From IMG/VR virus record IMGVR_UViG_3300010389_002125, positions 3,254 to 67,253 of that record: 64,000 nt of DNA. The stretch is one strand, 5' to 3'. The stretch comes from a virus. The notes beneath the pieces were generated by a model. That model was not told where the DNA came from and made no database searches. It saw only the letters and a list, made by a program, of their open reading frames with translations. Shown piece by piece: positions 1 to 10,632 of the stretch. A program made the translations under genes and the position numbers. Every line of letters starts with the position of its first letter. The first letter of the stretch is position 1.

Positions 1-2
1 TA

Positions 3-251
3 CATTTAGCAGTTGACCTAGAAGATAAGCTTCATAAGAGAAGAAAAGATTTAAGAAATCAACTTTTAGCAACCAGAGAAGCTAAGGCTAAAGTTGGTCA
101 GTCTCAGATAGATAGTGCACAAGCAATATCCGATATTATTTACAAGGTTAAAGAAATAGAACTTCAAAAAGAAAAGCTTTTGAAGCAAAAACTAGGCATA
201 TATGATGTAGACGACTACATAGAGGTACACGAGTTGCCAGAGGAGGGCTAA
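3..251 (+). CDS. 3' end of an ORF running in from the left edge; helical/coiled-coil protein (terminase small subunit-like is a possibility)
   Basis: Open frame from nt 3 (HLAVDLEDKLHKRRKDLRNQLLATREAKAK...ELPEEG) to TAA at 249-251; not in the ORF track because it has no start. The function guess rests only on composition and position upstream of TerL. Confidence 0.6.
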   Translation, partial: HLAVDLEDKLHKRRKDLRNQLLATREAKAKVGQSQIDSAQAISDIIYKVKEIELQKEKLLKQKLGIYDVDDYIEVHELPEEG

Positions 252-3200
252 TTGGCAAGGCGAACTATATCTCAACTAAGAAATACTTTTTATGACACCC
301 TGTTAAGAACTGGCAATGTATCTACCCCAAGAGGTTCTGGTTACTCAAATGAATATGATCAAGCGGCAACTAGTAGACTTAATGCACTAAAAGCAGGAAC
401 TGTTCTACCAGGCACAGGTACGGTAGATAACGCTTTTCAACCTACTGGTGGAATGGTAACCAGGGAAGTATTTGAGAAAGTTTACGGTACTGATCAGGAA
501 ATATACGATAGATTGGGTAAGTTTGAGGCTAAGTATTTCGATGAGTTATCAAAGTATAAATCAGCTGGTGGGAGTGTAGATGTAAATTCAGTTAGGGCTT
601 CTGGGGAAATAGATCTAAGCATACTGCCTAAGGGCACTGCCCAAAGGCTTATGAATGAGTATATGTCAGATGTCTTAAGGTTTACCGATTCTGCAGCAAT
701 GACTGGAGATGTCGTCGGTTCTGCTAGGCCCAGTCTGCCATCTTTAGCTGGCCTTCCTGGTCAGCAGATAAGGTCAACGAATAATTACACTGATGCAGTT
801 TTTAGATATGTTATAGATCAACGAGGTGCGGCTCCTGGTCCAAGAAACTATAATCCTATGCAGGTTGTACTTAATGCTGTTAATTTCAACTATTCCTCTA
901 CGAGACAAGAAGCAAATTCCATCGGTATAGCCTCTAAGCTTCCAAGTCTTTCAACTATAAAATCCGCAATGTCAGACTTTAGCGGTGCACCTACAGCAAA
1001 TGTAACTAAAAGCCTTATGCTTGACTTGGAATCAACAGGTGTAACTAGAGGATCTGTTGTCAGATCTTTAACCTTATCAGAAATGGTAATAAATCCAGAT
1101 GGATCTAAGAGTGTTAATGTTCTTCATAACTTTTCATTTGATTCACCATCTATGCGATCCTTAAGAGATGCAGGTGTTAAAGATAGAAGCATGGCAAAGG
1201 GATTGGCGATAAAAGAAGGAACTGATCTTATAGATGTTGGTGAAGGTGGTAAAAATGTTGTAGATAAATTAACTGAAGTTCTTGAGATGATGGCTGATCC
1301 TGAATATGAAAGACTAATAGCGCATAACTCAAGGTTTGACATATCTATGTTACTTTCTACGATGGATAGGCAGGAGGCGTATAGAAATTCCGAAAGGGCA
1401 ATGAACGCAGTTCAGGCATTTGTGGACAGAAGGGACTCAGATCCATTATTTGTTAGAGATACTCTGCATAAAAGTAGAACATATATGCTAGATCAAGTTA
1501 ATCAAGTCGTAGAGAATTACATGCAGGCTAATCCTGACGCAACTGTAGATGAGATAGATAAACTTCGTTTTACAACTTTATTATCCGATGAAAAATTACC
1601 GCTTCTAAAACCGACAGAAACTGTTAGTATTGCAGGCCTTGAGACGATAGCTACAAATACTAATTTATTTGAGCTAATGGAGCAGGATGTAAATGCTCGT
1701 AAATTGTTTGAAAGCATGGAAAAAGGGTCTCATATCGCTGAAGTAGATAATATACTTACAGCTTACATTGACACCTATATAGATGAAGGCAAGTTGTCAA
1801 TTTGGCCATTAACTCAGCAACAAGGGATGTCTGGGCCTGGATACGAAAAAACAGCAGTTGGTGAGTTTTTGAGAAATGTTGTAATTAGATCTAAAGCAGT
1901 AACTGCTACGACTAATATTATTGATCCTAGCAACTTGTCTGGATATTTAACAGACAGGATTCTCGGCTCATCTAATGCTGATGCACTAAGTTCTTTAAGA
2001 GGTATCACAATAAGAATAATAGGTGATGATTCTCAAATGGAGGCGTCTTTGAGATCTTTGGGCTTAGATGATTCTTATAAAAAAGGTGTTATAAACGTTG
2101 GTTCGGATGGAAGAATCTATGCATCGAAACTGGGTGCAGAGGTAGGAGACGACCTTAGTATCGCAAGTGCGGTCTTAGATGATCAGGAAGCTGGCCTTAG
2201 ATTTATCCAGAGAACTATTCGTGATGCAAAAAGCGATATGTCTCCTAAAATTACCGCTAGAACAGCTACTGGTCAAGTTCTGTCAGACAATCTAGCTCTG
2301 CAATCAATAGAAAGTCTAGGAGTCACATATGGAGCAAATCAATCAGTAGATGACTTGGGGGAAATTACGAATAAGGTTCCAAGACTAGGTCGCTATAGTC
2401 CTGCAATTAGCAGTTCTAATATAAGTATAGCATCTCAAAGAGATATTTTAGAAGAAGGGCTCACAGCAGTTTATAGAACTCTAGGGACACCTGATAATAT
2501 TCCAAAAGGAATTTCTCCTAGAAATACTGGTAGGGAAGCTGCACCAGTTTTAAGGGGCGGGATGGCAGCTTATGGTTCAGATGACATTGTGAGAATGGCT
2601 ACATCTTTAAGGGACATTGGTGATCCAATGTATTTCCTAGACGCAAGAAGCAGATATGCAGGCAGTTACTTAGCTGGTTTGACAGCTAATCAGGCTTCAG
2701 ATATGTATATGTCAGCTTCTGAGCAAGGTGCAAAGTCTGGCATATTAAGGTTATTCAATCCTAAGCGTAAAGAATTGGGACTAATTGAGGGATTAGGCCT
2801 AGTTGTTGGTAAAGAGGTCGAAAGTGACTATATTAGAATCGTTGGAGATAAACCATTAGAAGGTAGAACGGTTCCAGTTTTAAGCGCCGATGTTTTTGAA
2901 ATTATATCTGAAAAAGCAGGTGTGGATTTATCTAAGTTAAATGAAAGAAAATTCAGTACTGCGGTAGATTTTGAAGGAAACAAATTTGTTAATGTCAAAA
3001 CTATAATAGATGATGTAAGCCAAAGTGAAAAAATAGCAAAAGAAATAGTTGATACCTTTACAGACGAATCAAAAGTTAAAGAATTAGCAAAAAGGCTTGG
3101 GTATGATGATGCAGATATAGCACTAGGTTCATCTCCTGGGTACGATAGAGTTAATGCAAAGTCAAACGCTCTTTTCGAGCAGTTCAAAAAAATGAGCGCC

Positions 3201-3944
3201 GCTGTAGAAGCAGATGGAACCAACAAGGATGTATTAGCTAGGCGTATAGCTGAAAATATATCTGAACTTGGTGTAGTAACTGAAAGACTTGGAAAGTCAG
3301 ACGAAATATATGATGCCACTATTTCATTAATGGAAACTATGGGTCTTAATCCAAGAAATGATACTGAAGGATTAACCGCTAGAAGAGTTTTTGGAGTTGA
3401 AGGTGGATCTGGATATATAGTTTATGACCAAGATGCCATGTCTAGAGCAGGGCTAATGGGTCAATTTGACGAAGCTACACAAAATGCAGAAGAAGGCTAT
3501 GAAAGACTTGCCAGAAATGTGGCAAGACTAGCGGATACAGACCTTTTAAATGATGTCTCTAGAGAAGCAGGGTATTCTAGAAGTGGTAAGGTAGCACAAA
3601 GTCTTCAGAACGCTGCGAATTCCATAAGGGCATTTATGAAACCAGTGATTGAAGCTACTCCTGGTGGATCTAAAAGTTTAGCTGGCGTAGCAGGTGCAGC
3701 TATACTTGGTTTAATGGCTTATAATTCCTCTAGACAAAATGAGTTATATAACCAGACTGTAGAAAAGCAGCCTTATGAACCTACTAATTATGTAAGGTCG
3801 GAGAACGAATCTTTAGCATACCTATCTCCCACTCCTTCTTCTAGAAGAGATCCATTATTGACAGCCGGTGTTGTCGGGAACTTGGATAGAAATAAAATCA
3901 ACCATACAAGAATGGGCAATAATAAATACGATCATTTATTTTAA
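252..3944 (+). CDS. 1230-aa probable virion/ejected protein with a DnaQ-like DEDDh 3'-5' exonuclease domain and C-terminal hydrophobic anchor
   Basis: ExoI LMLDLESTG (1023-1031), ExoII LIAHNSRFD (1323-1340), ExoIII SHIAEVD (H-x4-D, 1731-1748); hydrophobic LAGVAGAAILGLMAY near C-terminus; TTG start with GGAGG SD at 242-246. Confidence 0.7.
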   Translation: MARRTISQLRNTFYDTLLRTGNVSTPRGSGYSNEYDQAATSRLNALKAGTVLPGTGTVDNAFQPTGGMVTREVFEKVYGTDQEIYDRLGKFEAKYFDELSKYKSAGGSVDVNSVRASGEIDLSILPKGTAQRLMNEYMSDVLRFTDSAAMTGDVVGSARPSLPSLAGLPGQQIRSTNNYTDAVFRYVIDQRGAAPGPRNYNPMQVVLNAVNFNYSSTRQEANSIGIASKLPSLSTIKSAMSDFSGAPTANVTKSLMLDLESTGVTRGSVVRSLTLSEMVINPDGSKSVNVLHNFSFDSPSMRSLRDAGVKDRSMAKGLAIKEGTDLIDVGEGGKNVVDKLTEVLEMMADPEYERLIAHNSRFDISMLLSTMDRQEAYRNSERAMNAVQAFVDRRDSDPLFVRDTLHKSRTYMLDQVNQVVENYMQANPDATVDEIDKLRFTTLLSDEKLPLLKPTETVSIAGLETIATNTNLFELMEQDVNARKLFESMEKGSHIAEVDNILTAYIDTYIDEGKLSIWPLTQQQGMSGPGYEKTAVGEFLRNVVIRSKAVTATTNIIDPSNLSGYLTDRILGSSNADALSSLRGITIRIIGDDSQMEASLRSLGLDDSYKKGVINVGSDGRIYASKLGAEVGDDLSIASAVLDDQEAGLRFIQRTIRDAKSDMSPKITARTATGQVLSDNLALQSIESLGVTYGANQSVDDLGEITNKVPRLGRYSPAISSSNISIASQRDILEEGLTAVYRTLGTPDNIPKGISPRNTGREAAPVLRGGMAAYGSDDIVRMATSLRDIGDPMYFLDARSRYAGSYLAGLTANQASDMYMSASEQGAKSGILRLFNPKRKELGLIEGLGLVVGKEVESDYIRIVGDKPLEGRTVPVLSADVFEIISEKAGVDLSKLNERKFSTAVDFEGNKFVNVKTIIDDVSQSEKIAKEIVDTFTDESKVKELAKRLGYDDADIALGSSPGYDRVNAKSNALFEQFKKMSAAVEADGTNKDVLARRIAENISELGVVTERLGKSDEIYDATISLMETMGLNPRNDTEGLTARRVFGVEGGSGYIVYDQDAMSRAGLMGQFDEATQNAEEGYERLARNVARLADTDLLNDVSREAGYSRSGKVAQSLQNAANSIRAFMKPVIEATPGGSKSLAGVAGAAILGLMAYNSSRQNELYNQTVEKQPYEPTNYVRSENESLAYLSPTPSSRRDPLLTAGVVGNLDRNKINHTRMGNNKYDHLF

Positions 3945-3953
3945 GGATTTCTA

Positions 3954-4586
3954 ATGGCAGCAACAGGTTTAATAAAAAATTTAGGTAAAAGAGCAGGCAG
4001 TTCCTTAACAAGAGCAGGCAGTGCCTTAACATATGGAGGAGGATCCCCAAGAGGACTTGCTGCAATAGGCGCTGCCGCTTTTGCAGCTGGCGTAATTAAT
4101 GAAGCTGGTCCAGCAGCAAGAGATGCGGCCTTTGAATCAACCCTGGGAACATCTGATGCAGATAGGTATTTTACTGGAAGAAAATTTAGTACAAGATTTT
4201 TAGCTGGAACAGCAATGGGCGGACCTTTAGGAGGAGCCCTTCAGTCAACTGCTCCTAGTGACATGCTTGCTACAGGTAGTGCAGCAGTGACCGGAAACCC
4301 TGTCGGATATGCTGCAGGAGGATCTGCCATCGGTGCCCTTACAGGCGGTGGAGTTGCAGCTTTGGCTGGTACAGGTTTTAAAGGTAAAGCTCTTGGAGCT
4401 ATAGGCGGTGCTATTGTTGGTGGGGCAGTAGGCGGATCGCTCCCATTTGCTGCGGCAGGTCAATACGCTAGATCCAATAAAGAATTTTTCTCTCAATCCC
4501 CATACGGAAGAAGTACAGCTAACAATGACCTATCTGCTGTAGGTGACATAGTTTTAGGCATGCACAATTCTAGAAGAGGTTACTAA
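3954..4586 (+). CDS. Gly/Ala-rich glycine-zipper membrane-type protein, probable internal virion protein
   Basis: Several GxxxG hydrophobic stretches (GLAAIGAAAFAAG; GALTGGGVAALAG; GAIGGAIVGGAVGG); AAGGA SD. Confidence 0.6.
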   Translation: MAATGLIKNLGKRAGSSLTRAGSALTYGGGSPRGLAAIGAAAFAAGVINEAGPAARDAAFESTLGTSDADRYFTGRKFSTRFLAGTAMGGPLGGALQSTAPSDMLATGSAAVTGNPVGYAAGGSAIGALTGGGVAALAGTGFKGKALGAIGGAIVGGAVGGSLPFAAAGQYARSNKEFFSQSPYGRSTANNDLSAVGDIVLGMHNSRRGY

Positions 4587-6079
4587 TGTATCCACAGACA
4601 AGCCCTATTGACCCAATGGCTTATTCTGATGCACCTTTGGCCATGAGGATGCTGGAACACATTCCCGGTGCTACGGCAGCCGCTCTTTTTGCACAGGCCC
4701 GAGGTGCAAATACCATCATGGCTGGCGGAGGCTTTATGGATTTTGATAAATCCAGTGAAAGACTCATGAATAGACACAGAGTTATAGATAGAAGTGGTAA
4801 ATTATCTAAACAGCGAATGTCTCAGTTTACGGGCTCAGCTTCACGTAGATCATCTGTTGCAGCACGTGCTGCTACCGGTGCGCCTAGTATGAACTTTCTG
4901 TACAGTTCTCGTGTAAATCACGCTACTCTTAGGCCAAGGGCGCTAAGAAGGATGCATTCTTTAAGCGTCTTTTCCAATACTAATGTAACTGGTGCTTATA
5001 CGCCTTTCTCTGGTGCTATAAATCTAGGTAGGATTCCTGGCATCGGAACAAGAGTAACTTCTGCTATGTCTAAGTTTACAAATATGAGTGACATAGTTCC
5101 TGCAGATGTTGGTCCTGGTCTTTTCTCTTTTTCAGGAGCAGCTAGAAGAGCAGACATGTTGGAGGCAAAAGCATTCAAGCAATCTCAAAGGGGTCAGTTA
5201 TCTGGTAGGGTGCAAAGAAGATTAGCTAAGTTTGATAGATCTTTAGATGCACTTCATGGTATGAATGGGGATCCAGTTAAAGTAGTTAGGGTTTCTCAGG
5301 CTCAAGCAGTGCCTTACAGTAAATTGTTAAGTATGAATCCACTGGAAAGAGGTGGGATGACGGCTTCAGATTTCGTAAAGGCCAATTCTGCATCAATAAT
5401 TGATTATGATGATCTGGGCTATGCCGCTACTAGAAATTCTTTAATAGGTACAGGTACCGGCCCAATGACGGCTGCTAGTATAGGTATGAGGGGAGACCTC
5501 TTAATATCACAATTGCCCGGTAGGGTTACTCAATTTTATGGCGGATATATGCGATATGCGTCTGGCTATGGTGCGAATATAACTTCAGCAGCTGGTGTAG
5601 AGGGTGTTAATAAAGCTAGAAACGCAATGCAGTCGGCACTTGATGATTTAGGCATTAAAGCAAACGCAGATGATGTACTTATGGCTAAGAGGCGTGGTGG
5701 TCAAGGCTTACTTAAGAGTGTGGGAGGTGAAAAAAACTTGCGTGCTCTAATGAATACTCCTGGAGCAAGAGGTGTTTTAGCCACTAAGGGCGCTATGACT
5801 GTTCTGCCAGGATTGCAAGCACTTGGTACAGCTTCTTTATTGTACGACCTTGGTAAAATGGCAGGTGAAGTTGTTGTTAGTGGAATAAATCTGGCGAAAG
5901 ACGCCTACAAGTCAGTTCAGGGAACTATAAATAAACCAGCATTTGGAATGGGCTATCAAGATACAGAAGCTGCTGCCACGTCTAGAGCTAGAGGTGTTAT
6001 GGCTATTCAAAATTCTAGATTAAATGCTAGAAGTGTGCTAGGATCTGAAGCAGGTATGATGGCTGCGCATTTTGGATAA
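4586..6079 (+). CDS. 497-aa basic Ala/Gly/Met-rich hypothetical protein, probable internal virion protein
   Basis: Start overlaps the upstream stop (TAATG); C-terminal TSRARGVMAIQNSRLNARSVLGSEA; immediately upstream of TerL. Confidence 0.55.
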   Translation: MYPQTSPIDPMAYSDAPLAMRMLEHIPGATAAALFAQARGANTIMAGGGFMDFDKSSERLMNRHRVIDRSGKLSKQRMSQFTGSASRRSSVAARAATGAPSMNFLYSSRVNHATLRPRALRRMHSLSVFSNTNVTGAYTPFSGAINLGRIPGIGTRVTSAMSKFTNMSDIVPADVGPGLFSFSGAARRADMLEAKAFKQSQRGQLSGRVQRRLAKFDRSLDALHGMNGDPVKVVRVSQAQAVPYSKLLSMNPLERGGMTASDFVKANSASIIDYDDLGYAATRNSLIGTGTGPMTAASIGMRGDLLISQLPGRVTQFYGGYMRYASGYGANITSAAGVEGVNKARNAMQSALDDLGIKANADDVLMAKRRGGQGLLKSVGGEKNLRALMNTPGARGVLATKGAMTVLPGLQALGTASLLYDLGKMAGEVVVSGINLAKDAYKSVQGTINKPAFGMGYQDTEAAATSRARGVMAIQNSRLNARSVLGSEAGMMAAHFG

Positions 6080-6081
6080 TT

Positions 6082-7941
6082 ATGAGTATTTTTACAAAAA
6101 CAAATGACTTTAGAAAAGCTCTTGAAAGTCTTCCCAGGGAGGACTTATTAGAAATAATCAAAGCTCAAGATACAGAACTTATTAAGCAAATAAACAGAAT
6201 AGAATGGGTATTTGAAAATAAGCTATCTCATTTATCTTGGAATGACGGCTCCCCTGTCATGAATAGATTAATGAGTAATAGGGAATTATCTTTACTTGTT
6301 GATGAGCCTTTTGAAGTAGATAAAGATTTGTTGTCAGCTGGAGTTTCTGCAGAGCATCAAAGGCAACTTCATGTATCAAAAGATAGTGTTGTTTGGGCAA
6401 AAAATTTTTTAGATGTTAATCCAAGAGTGTATCAAATACTTATTTTGAGAGATCCATCTTTGAGAAAAGTTTTAAGAGCTGGTCGTCGTTTAGGTAAAAC
6501 TTTTTCAATGGCTATACAGCTTCTTCATTATTCTTATACCAATAAAGATGGCAGATCTCTGGTCGTGGCTCCAATGAAAACTCAGGTTGAGCTTATCTAT
6601 CAAGAAATAATAAGAATAGCTCAAAAAAATGATGTTGTAATGAATTCTATAGTAAGAAAAGTTACTAGCCCTCAATTTATGATTCAATTTTCTAATGGAT
6701 CAACAATTCGTTTTTTTACTTCAGGAATGAGATCTGGTGGTAAGTCCGACGTTGCTCGTGGTCAAGAAGCCCACTTGATTATTTTGGACGAGATGGACTA
6801 TATGCATTCAGGAGACCTGGATGCACTCTACGCTATGCTTCAAAAGACCGCAGAGGATCAACCAGATAAAGTTTTGATGGGTGCTTCTACACCGACTGGT
6901 AGAAGGGAAAGATTTTGGGAGTGGTGCAGGTCTGAAAGGTTTCAGGAGTTTTGGTTTCCATCTTACTGTAATCCATTTTTTAGTAAAGAGCAAGAAGAAG
7001 AGTTTAGAGAGCAGTATTCACCATCTGGCTATAGGCACGAGATAGAGGCAGATTGGGGTGAGGATTCAGAGGGTGTTTACCCTAGGAAGTTTGTTGATTT
7101 AGCATTTACAGATCCTGGTTGGGATTATATAGCTGAGTTGAATTCAGCAAGATCTTTTCATGTTATAGGTGTTGACTGGGATAAGTATGGTGCAGGTACT
7201 AATATTGTTGTATGTGAAGTTTGTGCCGATAATCATGAGGACGAAAGAGCTAGAGGAAAGGTAAAACTTTGTTATAGAGAAGAAATAAGTAAATCTGAAT
7301 ATACTTTAACTAAAGCTGTAGACAGAATAATAGAGTTAAATGAAATTTATAACCCTAGACACATATATGTAGATAGAGGTTTTGGTGAAGTTCAAGTTGA
7401 ACTCTTAACTAAGTATGGCGTAGAAAATCCTAGATCAAAAATGAGAGAAAGAGTAAAGGGAATAGGTTTTGGTGAAAGTATAGATGTAAGAGATCCTTAT
7501 ACTAAATTAATGACAAAAAAAGAGATGAAGCCTTATATGGTTGATAACTTAAGGCAATTTCTTGAAAATGAGAAAATCATTTTTTCTGCTCATGATGATG
7601 AGCTGTATATGCAGCTAATTTCTTATGTTGTAGTTAGAACAACAGCTACTGGTAGACCAGTTTTTGAGGCAGGTGGGTCAGCTATGGATCACGCACATGA
7701 TGCTCTTATGTTGGCACTTCTATCTGTTGAGCAGAATTATGGTGATTTAAATAAAATGTCTTCAGCTTCAGATACTTACACTTTTTCTAATTCTATTTTT
7801 GTTAAAAACATTTCTGATGATGATGACAATGATGAAGGTACTAATCCAGTTATGGTGGTAGGTAAAAGGGCGTCAGCTGTTGGGGCGAAAACTGGGTTTA
7901 GTAGAAGATCTGGTAATACTTATAAAAGAAGCATGTTTTAA
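6082..7941 (+). CDS. terL: Terminase large subunit
   Basis: Walker A LRAGRRLGKT, Walker B LIILDEMD, coupling motif ASTP, RNase H-like nuclease motifs IGVDWD, IYVDRG and DHAHDALMLA. Confidence 0.95.
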   Translation: MSIFTKTNDFRKALESLPREDLLEIIKAQDTELIKQINRIEWVFENKLSHLSWNDGSPVMNRLMSNRELSLLVDEPFEVDKDLLSAGVSAEHQRQLHVSKDSVVWAKNFLDVNPRVYQILILRDPSLRKVLRAGRRLGKTFSMAIQLLHYSYTNKDGRSLVVAPMKTQVELIYQEIIRIAQKNDVVMNSIVRKVTSPQFMIQFSNGSTIRFFTSGMRSGGKSDVARGQEAHLIILDEMDYMHSGDLDALYAMLQKTAEDQPDKVLMGASTPTGRRERFWEWCRSERFQEFWFPSYCNPFFSKEQEEEFREQYSPSGYRHEIEADWGEDSEGVYPRKFVDLAFTDPGWDYIAELNSARSFHVIGVDWDKYGAGTNIVVCEVCADNHEDERARGKVKLCYREEISKSEYTLTKAVDRIIELNEIYNPRHIYVDRGFGEVQVELLTKYGVENPRSKMRERVKGIGFGESIDVRDPYTKLMTKKEMKPYMVDNLRQFLENEKIIFSAHDDELYMQLISYVVVRTTATGRPVFEAGGSAMDHAHDALMLALLSVEQNYGDLNKMSSASDTYTFSNSIFVKNISDDDDNDEGTNPVMVVGKRASAVGAKTGFSRRSGNTYKRSMF

Positions 7942-7949
7942 GGTTTTAT

Positions 7950-9572
7950 ATGAGCAATCCAATTAATAATCCATATCCAGAATCAGAAGGTGTGTACGGC
8001 TTTGCTGCGCCGACCGATACATTCTTTAAAGATCCAACAAATAAAGATGTTAGAAGAAGCATGGGCATAGAAGACTCTTATTCGTTGTCTTTTTCTGGCT
8101 TTAGAAGCACTTATACAATTCCTTATGATCAGGTTTTTAAAGAAGTTGTTAATGCAGAGAACACTCTTTATCTGGTAATGAGCAGAATAGAAGATAATCT
8201 TTTAAGAAAGATATTTATAGAACCATATATAGACTTGGAGCTAGAAAGGTCACATTATAGAGTCTGGGAAGAGGCATCAAAAAAGATGAACATCCCTGAT
8301 TCTTCAGACACCGTTAGTTTACCTGAAGATAACAATGTTATCCTAGCTAAAGATAATCCTCCAGACTATATTTGTTTTGATGAATATTTGTATGCGGAAA
8401 AGTCACAGACTACAGCTTGTAGAAGATTCATAAATGAATATACTGATGCTATTTCACATTCAACTTTTTCGTATCTTTTTCAATTGCGTAAAATTGTAAA
8501 ATATATGTTTAATGAAATTTTGTGTATAAAAAATTCTTTATTATCAGACATTGGAGGTGTATATGATAATGAATCACAGCAAAAAATCGCAGTACACTAT
8601 GAAGGATGGGCTAAAAAAGCGATACACTATTCGAACAGGATCTCGAAAACAACGGGCACAAAAGCAGAAGAGATCCCACAATCCGAATTGGATACTATCT
8701 CAAAGAAACAAGCCGCAAAACTTCAAGCTTTTTCTGCGATTAGATTAAACGCTGTTGATTCAGAAATCGAAGACATCATATCTAGTATGAAAAGAGATCT
8801 GGTTGATAATTGTGATATTTTTTATCAAAGATTTTTATCTCCAGCAATAAGAATAACTAAAGATATATCTTCTCCTTTACTGTTGGATTTTCAAACTACA
8901 GACTTAAGACAAAAAAGTCCGACTATAGCGGGTGAGATAGCTTTTGCTAGTAATGTTGTTCAGGGTAATTTTGTTTCAGTTGAAGCAGACTATGTGGAAA
9001 GGCATTCTGCCCTCACTTCTAAGATGGAGGCACTTTTTAATCTTATTATAGATAAAAAGAAGTACGCTGCATATATTACGCAGTTAGCGTCTATGGCTTC
9101 TTCAAAAAGAAAAGTTTTGAAAGAGGTAGATAAAGACGTTTATTCTTCTTTATTTAAAGGAGTCTTTGTTGATTCTAATCCTGTAGTAGATTTTTCTTCT
9201 AGTCACTCTATTTTGGACGGCCTAGAAAACGATGATCACCCTCAGTACTTATTGAAAGCTGGAGGTAATGTAACTGGAAATATAACTTTTAATCAGGGTG
9301 TTACCGTAGATGGTGTAGACATAGACCTGCATGCACACACTGGTGCTGATGGATCTCAGCGAATTAAGTCTTTCGATATAGACTACGACACTGCAAGAGT
9401 TATATATCCAGAAGAGTATACAAAAGATCCTGTATCTCTAACAATAGAGAGGTTCATAGAAACTATAGAAGATGGTGGTGTTCCAAGATTTGATGCTGTC
9501 GTGCTTATAGAGGTGTTGGATGAAACTTTATCTAATCATCAGTATGAGTTACTTTATTCGGAGATAGAATAA
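7950..9572 (+). CDS. 540-aa structural protein: helical N-terminus, fibre/spike-like C-terminal part
   Basis: HSILDGLENDDHPQYL fibre-type motif and GVTVDGVDIDLHAHTG HxH motif typical of trimeric spikes/fibres. Confidence 0.5.
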   Translation: MSNPINNPYPESEGVYGFAAPTDTFFKDPTNKDVRRSMGIEDSYSLSFSGFRSTYTIPYDQVFKEVVNAENTLYLVMSRIEDNLLRKIFIEPYIDLELERSHYRVWEEASKKMNIPDSSDTVSLPEDNNVILAKDNPPDYICFDEYLYAEKSQTTACRRFINEYTDAISHSTFSYLFQLRKIVKYMFNEILCIKNSLLSDIGGVYDNESQQKIAVHYEGWAKKAIHYSNRISKTTGTKAEEIPQSELDTISKKQAAKLQAFSAIRLNAVDSEIEDIISSMKRDLVDNCDIFYQRFLSPAIRITKDISSPLLLDFQTTDLRQKSPTIAGEIAFASNVVQGNFVSVEADYVERHSALTSKMEALFNLIIDKKKYAAYITQLASMASSKRKVLKEVDKDVYSSLFKGVFVDSNPVVDFSSSHSILDGLENDDHPQYLLKAGGNVTGNITFNQGVTVDGVDIDLHAHTGADGSQRIKSFDIDYDTARVIYPEEYTKDPVSLTIERFIETIEDGGVPRFDAVVLIEVLDETLSNHQYELLYSEIE

Positions 9573-9573
9573 T

Positions 9574-10626
9574 ATGATTTGGTTTAAATATCTTAAAAGT
9601 TCACAGTCAACTTCTGTTGCCGAAGAAAATACTAACTATTCTTATCCTCAAGTTAAGAGGGCTATAGAAAGATTTATGCCAGATGTTGATATACCCAAGG
9701 ATTTTTGGCTTTCTGTAGATGTTTCAGATTTATCTATAGATTCTTACCTCAATGATTCCTTGGAGCAATCTGTAGATGAAACCTCTTATCTAGTTGTTTA
9801 TGAAAGTGTTTTAAGAAACAATGATTTCACCCCTGTTCAGACAGTGATAATAGATGGTGTTTTATATTTTAAGGCGGCAGAAAATCATGAGTCAAACGTT
9901 TTTATACCTAAACAATACGCATTGTATTATAAAACTCCTGGCTTAAAAAATGTTACCCCTGTCACTAATGGTTCAGTGACTTCTTATAAGGTTAGTGATT
10001 CAAGTAATCCATATAATCCAGGTGAATTAACGGGAGATTTAAGTTTATATAACGTTTCTTTAGGTGATACTGGTTATTATAATTTTTCTTTTGTCAATTC
10101 TGGTTTAGACTGGGAGAATGGTAGATCAATTGAGAAAGACGCTAAAGTTTATATAAATTTTTTAGGACCAACTTTTACTCTTTACGGCGATAAAGGTGTT
10201 GATTATGGAAAGTTTTCCTATAGAGTAAAACCAGCAGAAATACTTCCAGATGATATTATTATTGATACTTTTACTTCTGTAGATTGTTTTTCTCATGCTA
10301 ATTCTTATGATCAAACTTTGATTTTTCTATCTAATTTAGAAAAAAGAGAATATGTAGTTGAGGTAGTGGCTACTGGTGAAAAAAATGTTTCTGCGCAAAA
10401 TAGCTATATAAAGTTATCTAAATTTGATTTCACTTTTGATTTAGATCTAGATTTATCTAAAGAATCTTTAAGTACAAATATTAATTTTGTTTCTCTAGTT
10501 CCAACAGCATCTCAGGGCTCTGTTGGTGGTGATCCAGTTTACGATGGGTCAGATGGCTCCTCTGGAAGTGTTTCTGATACTAATGTTAGAGATGTTAGAA
10601 TACTTCACATAATGGAAGTGATGTGA
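9574..10626 (+). CDS. 350-aa beta-rich structural protein with a probable carbohydrate-binding-like jelly-roll domain
   Basis: FLGPTFTLYGDKGVDYGKF...VDCFS...VEVVATGEKN pattern; aromatic, beta-rich composition; adjacent to a fibre gene. Confidence 0.45.
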   Translation: MIWFKYLKSSQSTSVAEENTNYSYPQVKRAIERFMPDVDIPKDFWLSVDVSDLSIDSYLNDSLEQSVDETSYLVVYESVLRNNDFTPVQTVIIDGVLYFKAAENHESNVFIPKQYALYYKTPGLKNVTPVTNGSVTSYKVSDSSNPYNPGELTGDLSLYNVSLGDTGYYNFSFVNSGLDWENGRSIEKDAKVYINFLGPTFTLYGDKGVDYGKFSYRVKPAEILPDDIIIDTFTSVDCFSHANSYDQTLIFLSNLEKREYVVEVVATGEKNVSAQNSYIKLSKFDFTFDLDLDLSKESLSTNINFVSLVPTASQGSVGGDPVYDGSDGSSGSVSDTNVRDVRILHIMEVM

Positions 10627-10632
10627 TTTTTT

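Noticed and set aside
6082-7941. Intein or intron in terL, portal or MCP
   Set aside because: Normal lengths, contiguous motifs, no splice-junction or homing endonuclease motifs seen.
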